From Candidatus Woesearchaeota archaeon (GTDB lineage: Archaea > Nanobdellota > Nanobdellia > Woesearchaeales > UBA10216), in the NCBI GenBank assembly GCA_016180085.1, contig JACPBX010000003.1:64001-128000 (forward strand): 64,000 bases of DNA. Reading direction: 5' to 3'. The notes beneath the pieces were generated by a model. It was not told the origin of the DNA. It saw nothing but the letters and a program-made list of their open reading frames with translations, and made no database searches. Positions 54,329-63,682 of the stretch are shown in pieces. Within the stretch, counting starts at the first letter, position 1, and every line of letters starts with the position of its first letter. The translations under genes and the position numbers were made by a program.

Positions 54329-55033
54329 ATGAAGCTGTCAATTATTATGCCGGTTTATAACGAAGCCCGCTATATAGATAAAATCCTTGCCAAGATTTTT
54401 TCAGTGGAGCTCGGTAATGTGGAAAAGGAAATAATAGTTGTTGACGATTTTTCAACTGATGGCAGCCGCGAAAAGCTTGCAGAACTTGCCAAAGCCAAGC
54501 ATGAGGACGTGAGGGTTGTTCTTCATGACAGGAACAAAGGCAAGGGCAGTGCCCTGAGGACAGGGCTGGCTTATTCTACCGGCGATATTGTGCTTTTTCA
54601 GGATGCTGACCTTGAATATGACCCCCAGGATTATGAAAAGCTCATTCAGCCCATTATTGAAAACCGCGCTGATGTTGTTTACGGCTCGCGTTTCCTTGGC
54701 TCGACATGGCGCAATAAGCTTGCGTTGCCAACCCACTTTTTGGGAAACAAGATTTTAAGCCTTCTCACAACCCTCTTTTACCGGAAGTGGATCAGTGACA
54801 TGGAAACAGGGTATAAGGTTTTCAGGAGCAGCGTTATAAAGGGCCTTAGCCTGACTGCCCGGCGTTTTGAGATTGAGCCGGAGATAACTGCAAAGCTTTT
54901 AAAAAAGAACGTCAGGCTGTGTGAAGTGCCGGTTAGCTATTCTGCCCGCAAGTTTAGCGAGGGAAAGAAGATTACGTGGAAGGATGGCGTTAAGGCTGCA
55001 TGGTGGCTGGTGAAGTGCAGGTTTAAGGGTTGA
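54329..55033 (+). CDS. GT2 polyprenol-phosphate glycosyltransferase (DPM1-like)
   Basis: IMPVYNE, VDDFSTDG, NKGKGSAL, QDADLEYDP, DMETGYK, FEIEPEIT. Confidence 0.92.
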   Translation: MKLSIIMPVYNEARYIDKILAKIFSVELGNVEKEIIVVDDFSTDGSREKLAELAKAKHEDVRVVLHDRNKGKGSALRTGLAYSTGDIVLFQDADLEYDPQDYEKLIQPIIENRADVVYGSRFLGSTWRNKLALPTHFLGNKILSLLTTLFYRKWISDMETGYKVFRSSVIKGLSLTARRFEIEPEITAKLLKKNVRLCEVPVSYSARKFSEGKKITWKDGVKAAWWLVKCRFKG

Positions 55034-55053
55034 GGTGCTGGGGTCTTCTGCAA

Positions 55054-55782
55054 ATGGCAACGCGTTACTCTGACGCAGGGTATGAAATCATTGACTGCAT
55101 ACACGTGGCTCAGCGCTTTGTCAGCTGGATGTACGCCGTGGTAAGGCCCCATCTTTACGGGAACATCCTGGAAATAGGTTCGGGAAGAGGCACATACTCT
55201 GAGAGGCTTACAAGGGATTTTCCCGGCAGTAAGCTGATTTTTTCCGACATAGATCCCGATTATGTCAGGCAGTTAAGGCAAAAGTTCCGGTCAAACAAGG
55301 ATGTGACTGTGCTTCTGCTTGACATGGGGAAGCCCGCTGATTACGGGAAAATCCGCCAGAGGGTCGACTCTGTTTTCGCTTTAAACGTCCTTGAGCATAT
55401 TAAAGACGATGTCGCAGCTTTGAAGCACATTTATGGCATTCTGCCAAAAAACGGCAGATGCGTTATCTTAGTCCCAGCCCATAAGATGCTTTACAACACA
55501 ATTGATGTTGCACTCCGCCACTACCGCCGTTATTCGAAAAGAGAGGTCGTGGAAAAGGCGAAGCTGGCGAATTTCCGTATCAGGCACTTGTCCTATTTCA
55601 ATTTCGTGGCAGTGCTTGGCTGGTTTGTTAATGGCAATCTGATGAGGAAAAAAGTTTTCAGCTATACCGGCATGCAAACGCTTAATGCCCTGGTCCCTGT
55701 GCTGCAGTTCATTGAAAAGCACATTTTGAGGAATAGCTTCGGGATTTCCATACTTGCCGTGCTTGAAAAGCCTGGCGATTAA
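55054..55782 (+). CDS. Class I SAM-dependent methyltransferase
   Basis: ILEIGSGRG, ALNVLEHI, LVPAH, HYRRY. Start moved to ATG 55054. Confidence 0.88.
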   Translation: MATRYSDAGYEIIDCIHVAQRFVSWMYAVVRPHLYGNILEIGSGRGTYSERLTRDFPGSKLIFSDIDPDYVRQLRQKFRSNKDVTVLLLDMGKPADYGKIRQRVDSVFALNVLEHIKDDVAALKHIYGILPKNGRCVILVPAHKMLYNTIDVALRHYRRYSKREVVEKAKLANFRIRHLSYFNFVAVLGWFVNGNLMRKKVFSYTGMQTLNALVPVLQFIEKHILRNSFGISILAVLEKPGD

Positions 55783-56924
55783 GTTGGGGAGGATTCTTCT
55801 GCAAGATCATCTGCAATTTTCTCTGCCAGTTCCGCCTTCCTTCTTTTTTCCTCTTCAATCACGCCATGGGTCTCGTAATATTCCTGCAGCGTTTCATCGT
55901 AAATTTCAGCATGCCTTTTTGCGATTTTTTCAAGGTTGGCATCCTGCCGGTATTTTTCCACTCCTCTCTGGTAAATGCCGTAGCTGCTGTGCACCTTCCT
56001 TATCCCGGCTGCTATCGCTTTTGGGCTGCGTGGCTCAACAACAACCCCGCATCTGAACTCTTTCACTATTTCTGCAAGTGCGCCTACGTCACTAACCACA
56101 ACCGGTATTCCATAGGCAAACGCATTATGCAGTGTTCCTGACTGGTAAGGCGCCCAGATATAGGGGAAAACCATTATGTCTGCCTTATCAAGGTATTTCA
56201 GTTTCTCATTTTCAGGCACCCACCTTATGTCGAGCCTTACATTGCCCAGCTTGTTCTCTGAAGCGCTTTCCCTCAGCAGATTTTCGTAGTCTGCCGTTAC
56301 TGCCTTTCCTGCAATAGTAAGGTTGAAGCCTGGCAGCTCATTCATCGCCCTTATGAGGTATTCAGCTCCCTTGCCGTGGCTGAGCATTCCGAATAGCAGA
56401 ATGTTTTTGCCTTTGGTGATGTGCATTGGCATAAGCTTTGTGATGAGGTGGTGGTAAACTGCATATGCCTGCTTTTTCTTGTACTTTAGCTGCAGGAACT
56501 CCTTCTGCTGCCTTGTGTGCGCTATGGCTGCAGACGCTTTTTTTGTTATCCACTTCTGCAGGAAGGACAGCGCTTTTTCCTTTAGCGTTTCTGTTGCTGT
56601 ATGCACCTCATGGAACGTCACCACAACCGGGACTTTTTGGCTTAGCGCCACGAGGAGGTTGAGGTTCAGCGTCAGCTTTCCGAAATGGGGTGCTATGTAT
56701 TGTATGTGCAGCAGGTCAAGCTTCTCTTCTTCGGCTATCCGCTTCAGCTGCGATTTCAAGGAGAACGACTTGAAATCAATCCTGTGGTGCGCTGTTGTTG
56801 ACTCCCTGTCCCCAATCTTTACTACTGTGATGCCCGCCTCTTCAAGCCCCTCGCACAGGGCCGCAGAGTAAAGCGCTATGCCGTCCTGCTGCTCAGGGTA
56901 TTTGCTTACCATTCCGATTTTCAT
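55779..56924 (-). CDS. Glycosyltransferase family 4 (GT-B)
   Basis: DGIALYS, TFHEV, FGMLSHGKG, QSGTL, PVVVSDVG. Confidence 0.9.
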   Translation of the reverse strand: MKIGMVSKYPEQQDGIALYSAALCEGLEEAGITVVKIGDRESTTAHHRIDFKSFSLKSQLKRIAEEEKLDLLHIQYIAPHFGKLTLNLNLLVALSQKVPVVVTFHEVHTATETLKEKALSFLQKWITKKASAAIAHTRQQKEFLQLKYKKKQAYAVYHHLITKLMPMHITKGKNILLFGMLSHGKGAEYLIRAMNELPGFNLTIAGKAVTADYENLLRESASENKLGNVRLDIRWVPENEKLKYLDKADIMVFPYIWAPYQSGTLHNAFAYGIPVVVSDVGALAEIVKEFRCGVVVEPRSPKAIAAGIRKVHSSYGIYQRGVEKYRQDANLEKIAKRHAEIYDETLQEYYETHGVIEEEKRRKAELAEKIADDLAEESSPT

Positions 56925-56970
56925 TTTTGGTTTCCCTTGCTTTCCCCTTTTCCCCTGCCTTTTCCGCTTT

Positions 56971-59031
56971 CTAGCACTGCTTTAAAAGCGTTCTGCCTTT
57001 GTCGCCAAGTGCTTTGCCGAGGTCTACCCTCACAGCAGCAGCTGTTGATGTTTTGAAGTAGCTGTCCAGCCTGCACAGCCCTTCGCCGTAGCTGCTGCCT
57101 TTTTTGAACAGCGCATAAGAGTCTTCCAGCGCCACAAGGCCGTAGTTGCTGTTGTCTAAAAATTTGGCAACAAATGCCGTGTATTGTTCAGCGTTATAAG
57201 TCGGCCCTGCCATGCTTAAGTCCATTATCACGTATTCAACGTCGCCAGTGCCGCTGCCATAATCGCTGTTGTTTCCAGCGGTTCCATTCCCTTTCCCGAA
57301 CATCAGCCTGATAAACGGGTTAGGGAACATGTAAGCCTCTTTCCTGTGGGCCAGGTGCGGCAGCATCTGCGGGTCTGCTGATACAGAAGCAGCATCCGGA
57401 ATCTCTTTCAGCAGCTTGTTTCCAACTGCGGCGTGCTGGCTTGGCGCAAAGTCTTTTACGTCGTATAGCGTTGAAAATGGCCCGTATGCAAATGCTGCTG
57501 CAATCGTTGAAACCAGCACAAATGCCGAGACTGCAACCCTGCTGTTGTATAGCTTTAGCATTGCCGGTAGCTTTGCCAGGCGCTGTGCCCCTGCTATCGT
57601 TGCCATATATAAGAACGGTATCAGTTCCGCATTGTACTGGTAGATGAGTGCTGTGGTTATGTCCTGCCCCCTCAGGAAGTTTATGGTGAAAAATGGTGCC
57701 CCAAGCAGCAGGTAAGGAAAGCCAAGCAGTGCAACAGCCGCCCCTCCCAGGGGAAGCAGCAGCAGCGCAGCATAAGAGAATGTGTCAGCCGAGAGCAGCC
57801 TGCCTATCAGCAGCTGCGGGTGCAGTATGGCATTCCTTGCAGCCTCCGGCAGGCTGTTGCCCAGGTAGCTGTACCAGGACACATAGCCATACCCCTGGCC
57901 GCTCGAGAAGTGAGGCAGCAGCACTCCGAAGTTGAGCGCCAGCCAGGCAATCCCTGCAGCAGCCATTGCGCTTCCGATAAACTTTTTCTTCTGGAGCACG
58001 AAAATATAGGCCCCGAATGCAACCAGGGCAAGTGGAAGGTGCTCCTTGCTCATTCCGGTGAGAACCAGCATGGCAGCAGCAGGAAGATATTTCCTCGCTT
58101 CAACGAAATAAATCGCGAACAGCAGCAGCGGTGTTGCCAGAGCTTCAGGGTGGAAATCAAACAGGTTCATGTACTGCAGCGAAGGGTACAAGAGGTAAGA
58201 GAAAGCGATCACTGCAGCGGCTGCCGCATTTAGCCGCTTTTTAGCCAGCCAGTAAACAGGAAATGCCCCAAGGGCTAAAGCCAGTGATTGCAGCACAAGG
58301 AGGGCATCTGGCATTGGCAAAAGCTTGTAGAGTGGTGAGAAAATAAATAGTATGGGGTGCAGGTGGTCGCCGAGCAGCACGAGGCCTCTTACAGTGTTAA
58401 AAAAGCCAGGGCCATAGCCCTGTGAGTATCCCCACATGGTCTGGTCGAATATTGCAAGGTCGAAAGCAGTTGTGTTGAAGCTGTTGTGCTTCATAACCGA
58501 AACGATGGAGAAGAACAGGAAGTAAGAAACGACCGAAGCAACAACGGCAAGCCCGATTATTTTTTTAATGGTCTCGCTGTTAAGGGTTTCCTCAAGGCTT
58601 TTCGGGAATAAAACCGCCTTGCCTGCAATGTTTGCAGCTATCGCAATGCCGAATGCCATTGCTACAGGTATGTTTCCCAAATTGCCGTACCTTCCGGTGT
58701 CAATTCCTGCTGCAGCTGTGGCTATTTTCGCGATTAGCGGGAGAAGCATTGGCAGGTATGTGAGGGAGTCAAGGAAAAGGGTTTTGTGCAATGCCCCTCC
58801 GAATCCCCTTCCAAAACCATCCCTGCCAAAAAAAGCTGCGGCAGCAGCAGAATACGCCATCCATGATGCAAAAAATATTGCGGCAACAGCAAGAAAGCTG
58901 AAGGCCTTAAGTACGGACACCTGCACAGCTGCTGCCGCTGCCCCGATTACGAGAAGCGAGAAGGCCAGGTGCGCCATTCTCATTTCGCCCTTGGCAACAG
59001 CTCCGAGGTACTTAGCACTCAACATAGTCAA
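56971..59031 (-). CDS. DUF2079-like GT-C membrane protein with an extra N-terminal TM block
   Basis: DLAIFDQTMW, LGDHLHPI, FDFHPE, KE, YQY. The start is uncertain (59031, 59025 or 58983). Confidence 0.8.
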   Translation of the reverse strand: MTMLSAKYLGAVAKGEMRMAHLAFSLLVIGAAAAAVQVSVLKAFSFLAVAAIFFASWMAYSAAAAAFFGRDGFGRGFGGALHKTLFLDSLTYLPMLLPLIAKIATAAAGIDTGRYGNLGNIPVAMAFGIAIAANIAGKAVLFPKSLEETLNSETIKKIIGLAVVASVVSYFLFFSIVSVMKHNSFNTTAFDLAIFDQTMWGYSQGYGPGFFNTVRGLVLLGDHLHPILFIFSPLYKLLPMPDALLVLQSLALALGAFPVYWLAKKRLNAAAAAVIAFSYLLYPSLQYMNLFDFHPEALATPLLLFAIYFVEARKYLPAAAMLVLTGMSKEHLPLALVAFGAYIFVLQKKKFIGSAMAAAGIAWLALNFGVLLPHFSSGQGYGYVSWYSYLGNSLPEAARNAILHPQLLIGRLLSADTFSYAALLLLPLGGAAVALLGFPYLLLGAPFFTINFLRGQDITTALIYQYNAELIPFLYMATIAGAQRLAKLPAMLKLYNSRVAVSAFVLVSTIAAAFAYGPFSTLYDVKDFAPSQHAAVGNKLLKEIPDAASVSADPQMLPHLAHRKEAYMFPNPFIRLMFGKGNGTAGNNSDYGSGTGDVEYVIMDLSMAGPTYNAEQYTAFVAKFLDNSNYGLVALEDSYALFKKGSSYGEGLCRLDSYFKTSTAAAVRVDLGKALGDKGRTLLKQC

Positions 59032-59776
59032 CTTTTGCCCTTTTCCTGTTATGGGTTATTTTGTAAGCAGCGAATGCCAGCAGGTTTCTCAGGTAATTGA
59101 TGTATTCTGTGAATGTCAGCTTGCTTTTCCCGTAAAACCTGTTTCTGAACACGTAGGGCACTTCGCACACTTTGCGGTAATTTCCCTTCACAAGGACTTC
59201 CAGCCCGATTTTGTAGCCTTTGGCGTTCAGGCTTATTCCATCAATTACGCCTTTTCTGAGGAAGAACAGCCCGCTCATTGTGTCTTTCACTGGCGTTAAC
59301 GGCTTTGCCAGCAGGGTTGCAACCTTGCTCACTATCCTTCGGTGGAACGGCCATACCTCAACACCACCGCCCTTCACATACCTGCTTCCAACGGCAATGT
59401 CCGCCTTGCCGTTGAGCAGCGGCGTTATAAGCCTTGGCAGGACCTCTGCCGGATGGCTGCGGTCAGCGTCCATTGCTCCCAGGATTTTGCTTTTCGATTC
59501 CTCAAAGCCCTTTATTACTGCAGAAGCCAGCCCGAGTTTTCCAGTGCGGTGGATGACCTTTACGTTGTATTTTTTTGCCAGCCCCTCAGCTACGCCTCCT
59601 GTGCCGTCCGGGGAGTTGTCATCCACGATAACGACTTCAATATCCGCGTTCAGCCCGCTGCAGCTTCTGAAAATCTCCGGCACCAGTTTCTCGATGTTGC
59701 CGCGCTCGTTGAACGTCGGTATCACAATTGATACTTCTGTTTTCCTTGCTGTTTTTCTGCCCATTTTCCTGCCCAT
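59012..59776 (-). CDS. Polyprenol monophosphomannose synthase (DPM1-like GT2)
   Basis: VIPTFNE, VDDNSPDGTG, GLASAV, MDADRSHP, GSRY, DTMSG, GYKIGLE. Confidence 0.92.
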   Translation of the reverse strand: MGRKMGRKTARKTEVSIVIPTFNERGNIEKLVPEIFRSCSGLNADIEVVIVDDNSPDGTGGVAEGLAKKYNVKVIHRTGKLGLASAVIKGFEESKSKILGAMDADRSHPAEVLPRLITPLLNGKADIAVGSRYVKGGGVEVWPFHRRIVSKVATLLAKPLTPVKDTMSGLFFLRKGVIDGISLNAKGYKIGLEVLVKGNYRKVCEVPYVFRNRFYGKSKLTFTEYINYLRNLLAFAAYKITHNRKRAKVDYVEC

Positions 59777-59877
59777 CTATTGCGGGATTGAATGCGCAGC
59801 GTATTTAAAAATATGGTTGTTTTGCAGCCGGCACACCGCAGCATAGTTTTTTATAGTGCACGTGCTCCTTCCTTTTT

Positions 59878-60708
59878 ATGGATGGCAGTGTTCGTTACGT
59901 TTACAGGTCGGGCAGGCTGGAAGCGGAAGCAGAATCCATCTCTGGGCTGCGGCAGCGTCTTTCAAAAGCTCCAGCCACTGCATGGAAAAGGTCTGTTTCC
60001 ATTATAGTTCCAACCTACAACGAATCCGGCAACATAGGCAGATTGGTTGAGGCACTGGCTTCAAGCCTGAAAAGCACTGGCAGTTCTGATTTTGAAATAG
60101 TTGTTGTTGATGACGATTCAAGGGATAAGACGCCTGAGGTAATTGACCGGTATGCTGCTGCAGGGAAAGTTTCCGCCATCCACCGCTACGGCATAAGGGG
60201 AATATTCTCCGCCATAATGGACGGCGTAAAAATGGCAAGGAGCGGTACTGTTGTCATAATGGATGCTGATTTTTCCCATCCGCCATCAAAGGTCCCTGAG
60301 CTTCTTCGCAGGATGGGCGAAGGCGGCTTTGACATGGTTTCAGGCTCTCGGTTCAAGAAAGGCGGCGGGATTGAAGCGCCCTTTTTCAGGAAATCCGCAA
60401 CTGTCCTGTTTAATTTTATAATCCGCTTCGTTATGGGCAGCAGCATAACCGACTGGACCGGCGGGTTTCACGCTGCCAAAAGGGAAAAGCTTCTGGGCCT
60501 TGATTTCCGCTACCGCGCCAAGTGGGGTGAGTTTGACCTCGAGATGCTTTACAGGGCAAAGAGGGCAGGCCTTAAAATTGCCGAGGTCCCGTTCATTTAC
60601 AACTTCAGGGAAGAGGGCCAGTCAAAGTCTGCCGAGCGCTTCAGTTTCCTGCTTGGTTACGCTTGGCTTTATGGCAAAAGGGCATTCCAGCTTCGGTTTT
60701 TGGATTGA
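59878..60708 (+). CDS. Polyprenol monophosphomannose synthase-like GT2 with an unusual N-terminal extension
   Basis: IVPTYNE, VDDDSRD, MDADFSHPP, GSRF, DWTGGF. The start is uncertain; a TATA-like TTTTTTATAG lies 22 nt before ATG 59878. Confidence 0.85.
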   Translation: MDGSVRYVYRSGRLEAEAESISGLRQRLSKAPATAWKRSVSIIVPTYNESGNIGRLVEALASSLKSTGSSDFEIVVVDDDSRDKTPEVIDRYAAAGKVSAIHRYGIRGIFSAIMDGVKMARSGTVVIMDADFSHPPSKVPELLRRMGEGGFDMVSGSRFKKGGGIEAPFFRKSATVLFNFIIRFVMGSSITDWTGGFHAAKREKLLGLDFRYRAKWGEFDLEMLYRAKRAGLKIAEVPFIYNFREEGQSKSAERFSFLLGYAWLYGKRAFQLRFLD

Positions 60709-60796
60709 ACCTTTTTTCGAAAAAGGGTCATGCAGCTGCGGTTTTTGCCGTAAACCATCGTAAACTATTTAAGCCAAATGGTGAGCTTCTGCCGGA

Positions 60797-62014
60797 ATGG
60801 TGTCTGGGTTTGCCAAGAGGCTGCTGCTGTTCGTTGCCATTGTCCTTCTTTGTTTACTGGCTCTTGAGTTTGCCAGCAGGCTTCTCTTCCCCCAGTACAG
60901 CGAAACTGTAAGCTATGATGACCGCTACCTCTATAAGTACCTTCCCCACGCTGAGCGGGTCTTTGTAAACCCTCTTGAGAGCGATGGCAAGCACCACCTT
61001 CTTAAGGTTAACAGCTTTGGCTTCCGTGATGAGGAATTCAGTGCTGAGAAAAAGGGCAAGGTGAGGATTATTGTCTATGGCGACTCGTTCATTGCAGGCG
61101 ACTTCTTCGACCTGAATGCAACATTTGCCAAGGAGCTCGAGTCTGTGCTGAATAAGGCGAATAAAGACGTGGGCAGGGCTGGTGTTGAGGTGCTGAATGG
61201 CGGCGTTACAGGCTACGGCCCTGACCAGGTAAGCCTGCGCATGGAGGATGAGATTGGCTTGTTTAATCCGGATGCAGTCATAGTTTCCATTTTTGTTGGT
61301 AATGACTTTGGGGATAACATCCGCGATAAGATATACCGGCTGGATGCATCAGGCAACGCAGTTCTGAATAACTATTTCCTGAGCCCTTCAATGAAAGCCA
61401 AAAAAGCCATATACCAGCGTTCCCACCTTATCAGGGTTCTGCTTGCGTTGTCTGACACCCTAAGATGGTCTTCCGCGAGCAGCATGGAACTGTCTTACAG
61501 CCAGAACCTTGCCAAGAACAGGGAGGAGTGCACTGATTTTGTTGTGAACATGAGCAATGTTGTCACGAACCTGTTTGCTGACACGTTTGATGTGGACATT
61601 TCAGTGGAGCCTGAGAGCCCCTGTGTTGAGTATAAGATGAATCTGATGGCCGGCATCATCAGGCGGATGAAGGAAGTGGCTGATGCGAAAGGCGTCCACC
61701 TGCTTTTGCTGGTTATTCCTTCAAAATACGAAGTGGAAGAGCCTGACTTCAGCGAGGCTGTTGCTTCTTTGAATGCTTCACTGAATCTGAACAATGCTGG
61801 CTATGACAGGGAGTCCCGTTACCTGTTCCTTGACAATGTTGCCAGGGCAAGCAACATCTCTTACGTTGACCTCTTCCCCATTTTCCTTGAGCGCTCCAGA
61901 GCCGAGCAATTATTCTGGGAGAATGGAGGCCATTGGAACGTGGCTGGCCAGAGCCTTGCGGTTCAGCTGGTAAAAGAAGAGCTTATGCTGAGCAATTTAA
62001 GCTGGTTAAGCTGA
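60797..62014 (+). CDS. Membrane-anchored SGNH/GDSL hydrolase (AlgX/AlgJ-like O-acetyl esterase or transferase)
   Basis: N-terminal TM helix, NSFGFRD, YGDSF (block I), NGGVTGYG (II), GND (III), GGHWN (V). BRE/TATA at 60760-74. Confidence 0.85.
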   Translation: MVSGFAKRLLLFVAIVLLCLLALEFASRLLFPQYSETVSYDDRYLYKYLPHAERVFVNPLESDGKHHLLKVNSFGFRDEEFSAEKKGKVRIIVYGDSFIAGDFFDLNATFAKELESVLNKANKDVGRAGVEVLNGGVTGYGPDQVSLRMEDEIGLFNPDAVIVSIFVGNDFGDNIRDKIYRLDASGNAVLNNYFLSPSMKAKKAIYQRSHLIRVLLALSDTLRWSSASSMELSYSQNLAKNREECTDFVVNMSNVVTNLFADTFDVDISVEPESPCVEYKMNLMAGIIRRMKEVADAKGVHLLLLVIPSKYEVEEPDFSEAVASLNASLNLNNAGYDRESRYLFLDNVARASNISYVDLFPIFLERSRAEQLFWENGGHWNVAGQSLAVQLVKEELMLSNLSWLS

Positions 62015-62060
62015 TTGGGAAACTGAAAGATTTTTAAATCCGGGGGAGTGCGTTCTGCAT

Positions 62061-63206
62061 ATGGGTAATGGGCGTAGTGGGCAGAGTGGGCAGCCTGTCA
62101 GGCGAATTCCGGTCTCAGAGCCGTCCCTGTCAGGCAATGAGGAAAAGTATGTTCTTGAATGCATCAGTACTAACTGGATTAGCTCACTTGGGAAATTTAT
62201 CCCGGAATTTGAAGGAGGTTTTGCAGGGTTTTGCGGCAGCAAATACGGCGTTGCTGTGATGAACGGCACTGTGGCCCTGCAGCTTGCCCTTGCGGCATTG
62301 GGCATCAAAGAGGGCGATGAGGTAATCATTCCTGACTTAACCTTTGTTGCAACAGCCAATGCTGTCCGCTACCTGGGCGCAAAGCCGGTGTTTGTCGACT
62401 CAGAGCCTGCCACGTGGAATATTGATGCCGGCAAGATTGAGTCTGCTGTCACAAAAAAGACTAAAGCCATCATTCCAGTCCACCTTTATGGCCATCCATG
62501 TGACATGGATGTTATTATGGAAGTGGCCGAAAAGCATAGCCTGTCTGTTATTGAAGATGCTGCCGAAGCCCACGGGGCGGAGTACAAGGGCAAGAGGGTT
62601 GGCTCAATCGGCAGCATAGGGTGTTTCTCTTTTTACGGCAACAAGATAATTACCACAGGTGAAGGCGGAATGTGCGTAACCAGTGATGCCAAGCTGGCTG
62701 AGAGAATGCATTTTCTTAAAGACCACGCCATGGACAAGGTTAGGAAATACTGGCATCCCGAGCTTGGCTACAATTTCCGCATGACAAACATCCAGGCAGC
62801 TGTTGGCGTTGCGCAGCTTGAGCAGATTGACAAGTTCATTGCTGCAAAAATAAGAAATGCAAAGCTTTATCGCACCCTGCTGCAAAACGTTAAAGGCCTG
62901 GCATTTCAGCCACAGATGACCTGGGCAAAAAGCGTTTACTGGATGCATTCTGTTCTGGTTGATGAGAAGGAATTCGGCTGCAGCCGCGATGCCCTGATTT
63001 TGGGGCTGAAGGAAAAGGGTGTTGACTCAAGGCCGTTCTTTTGCCCGATGCACCAGCTTCCGCCTTACAAGGGCAGCGGCTCTGACAAGGATTTTCCTGT
63101 TGCCGCGCAGCTTTCCCGGGCAGGCATTAACCTTCCTTCCTCTGTAAGGCTTTCCGAGTCAGACATCAGGTTTGTCTGTGACGCTATCAGGAGCATCCAA
63201 AAATGA
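62061..63206 (+). CDS. DegT-family aminotransferase, perosamine-synthase-like
   Basis: WISSLGKFI, NGTVALQLAL, EDAAEAHG, SFYGNKIITTGEGG, GYNFRMTN. BRE/TATA at 62025-40. Confidence 0.92.
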   Translation: MGNGRSGQSGQPVRRIPVSEPSLSGNEEKYVLECISTNWISSLGKFIPEFEGGFAGFCGSKYGVAVMNGTVALQLALAALGIKEGDEVIIPDLTFVATANAVRYLGAKPVFVDSEPATWNIDAGKIESAVTKKTKAIIPVHLYGHPCDMDVIMEVAEKHSLSVIEDAAEAHGAEYKGKRVGSIGSIGCFSFYGNKIITTGEGGMCVTSDAKLAERMHFLKDHAMDKVRKYWHPELGYNFRMTNIQAAVGVAQLEQIDKFIAAKIRNAKLYRTLLQNVKGLAFQPQMTWAKSVYWMHSVLVDEKEFGCSRDALILGLKEKGVDSRPFFCPMHQLPPYKGSGSDKDFPVAAQLSRAGINLPSSVRLSESDIRFVCDAIRSIQK

Positions 63207-63646
63207 GAAAAGCGCTTGATTCTGTTGAGATGTTCTTTTCCTATTTTGTGCCCTCGCCCCTGAAGAGGTATTATTTCCTGGCTGCCAGTTACTTCATCTT
63301 TGTCTTTGGCGGCCTTATCGGCTGGCTTATTCTCATAGGCTCCGAGCAGTTCCTGCTTGGCTTTGGAATATGGAAAGGCATTGGATACGGCATTGGGCTT
63401 GTGCTGGCAATACTTTTCACGTTCGCCTATCACCGCCACGTTACTTTCGGGGTGAAGTCAGAAACCAAGGAACGCTTTGCAAAGTTTGCACCGCTCCAGG
63501 TTTTCATTGCAGCTGCCAACTGGCTGTTGTTTGTGGCAGCAACCCATTACTTCGGCTTTCCTGATGTGCAGGCAAGCTTTGTGATAACCTTTGTTTTGTC
63601 GCTTGTCAACTTCGCAGCGAATAAGCTGTTTATTTTCATCAAATGA
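63203..63646 (+). CDS. GtrA-family small flippase
   Basis: About 4 TM helices; FAYHRHVTF, NFAANKLFIF. Confidence 0.75.
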   Translation: MRKALDSVEMFFSYFVPSPLKRYYFLAASYFIFVFGGLIGWLILIGSEQFLLGFGIWKGIGYGIGLVLAILFTFAYHRHVTFGVKSETKERFAKFAPLQVFIAAANWLLFVAATHYFGFPDVQASFVITFVLSLVNFAANKLFIFIK

Positions 63647-63682
63647 ACAAAAAATGAGCGAAAGGTCCAGAACTGATTAAGA

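Noticed and set aside
59753-59776. Micro-duplications such as MGRK-MGRK here and CCAAGGCGA x2 (GDQGDQ) at 35319-35339
   Set aside because: Two-unit slippage repeats in termini or loops, too short to indicate phase variation or a CRISPR.
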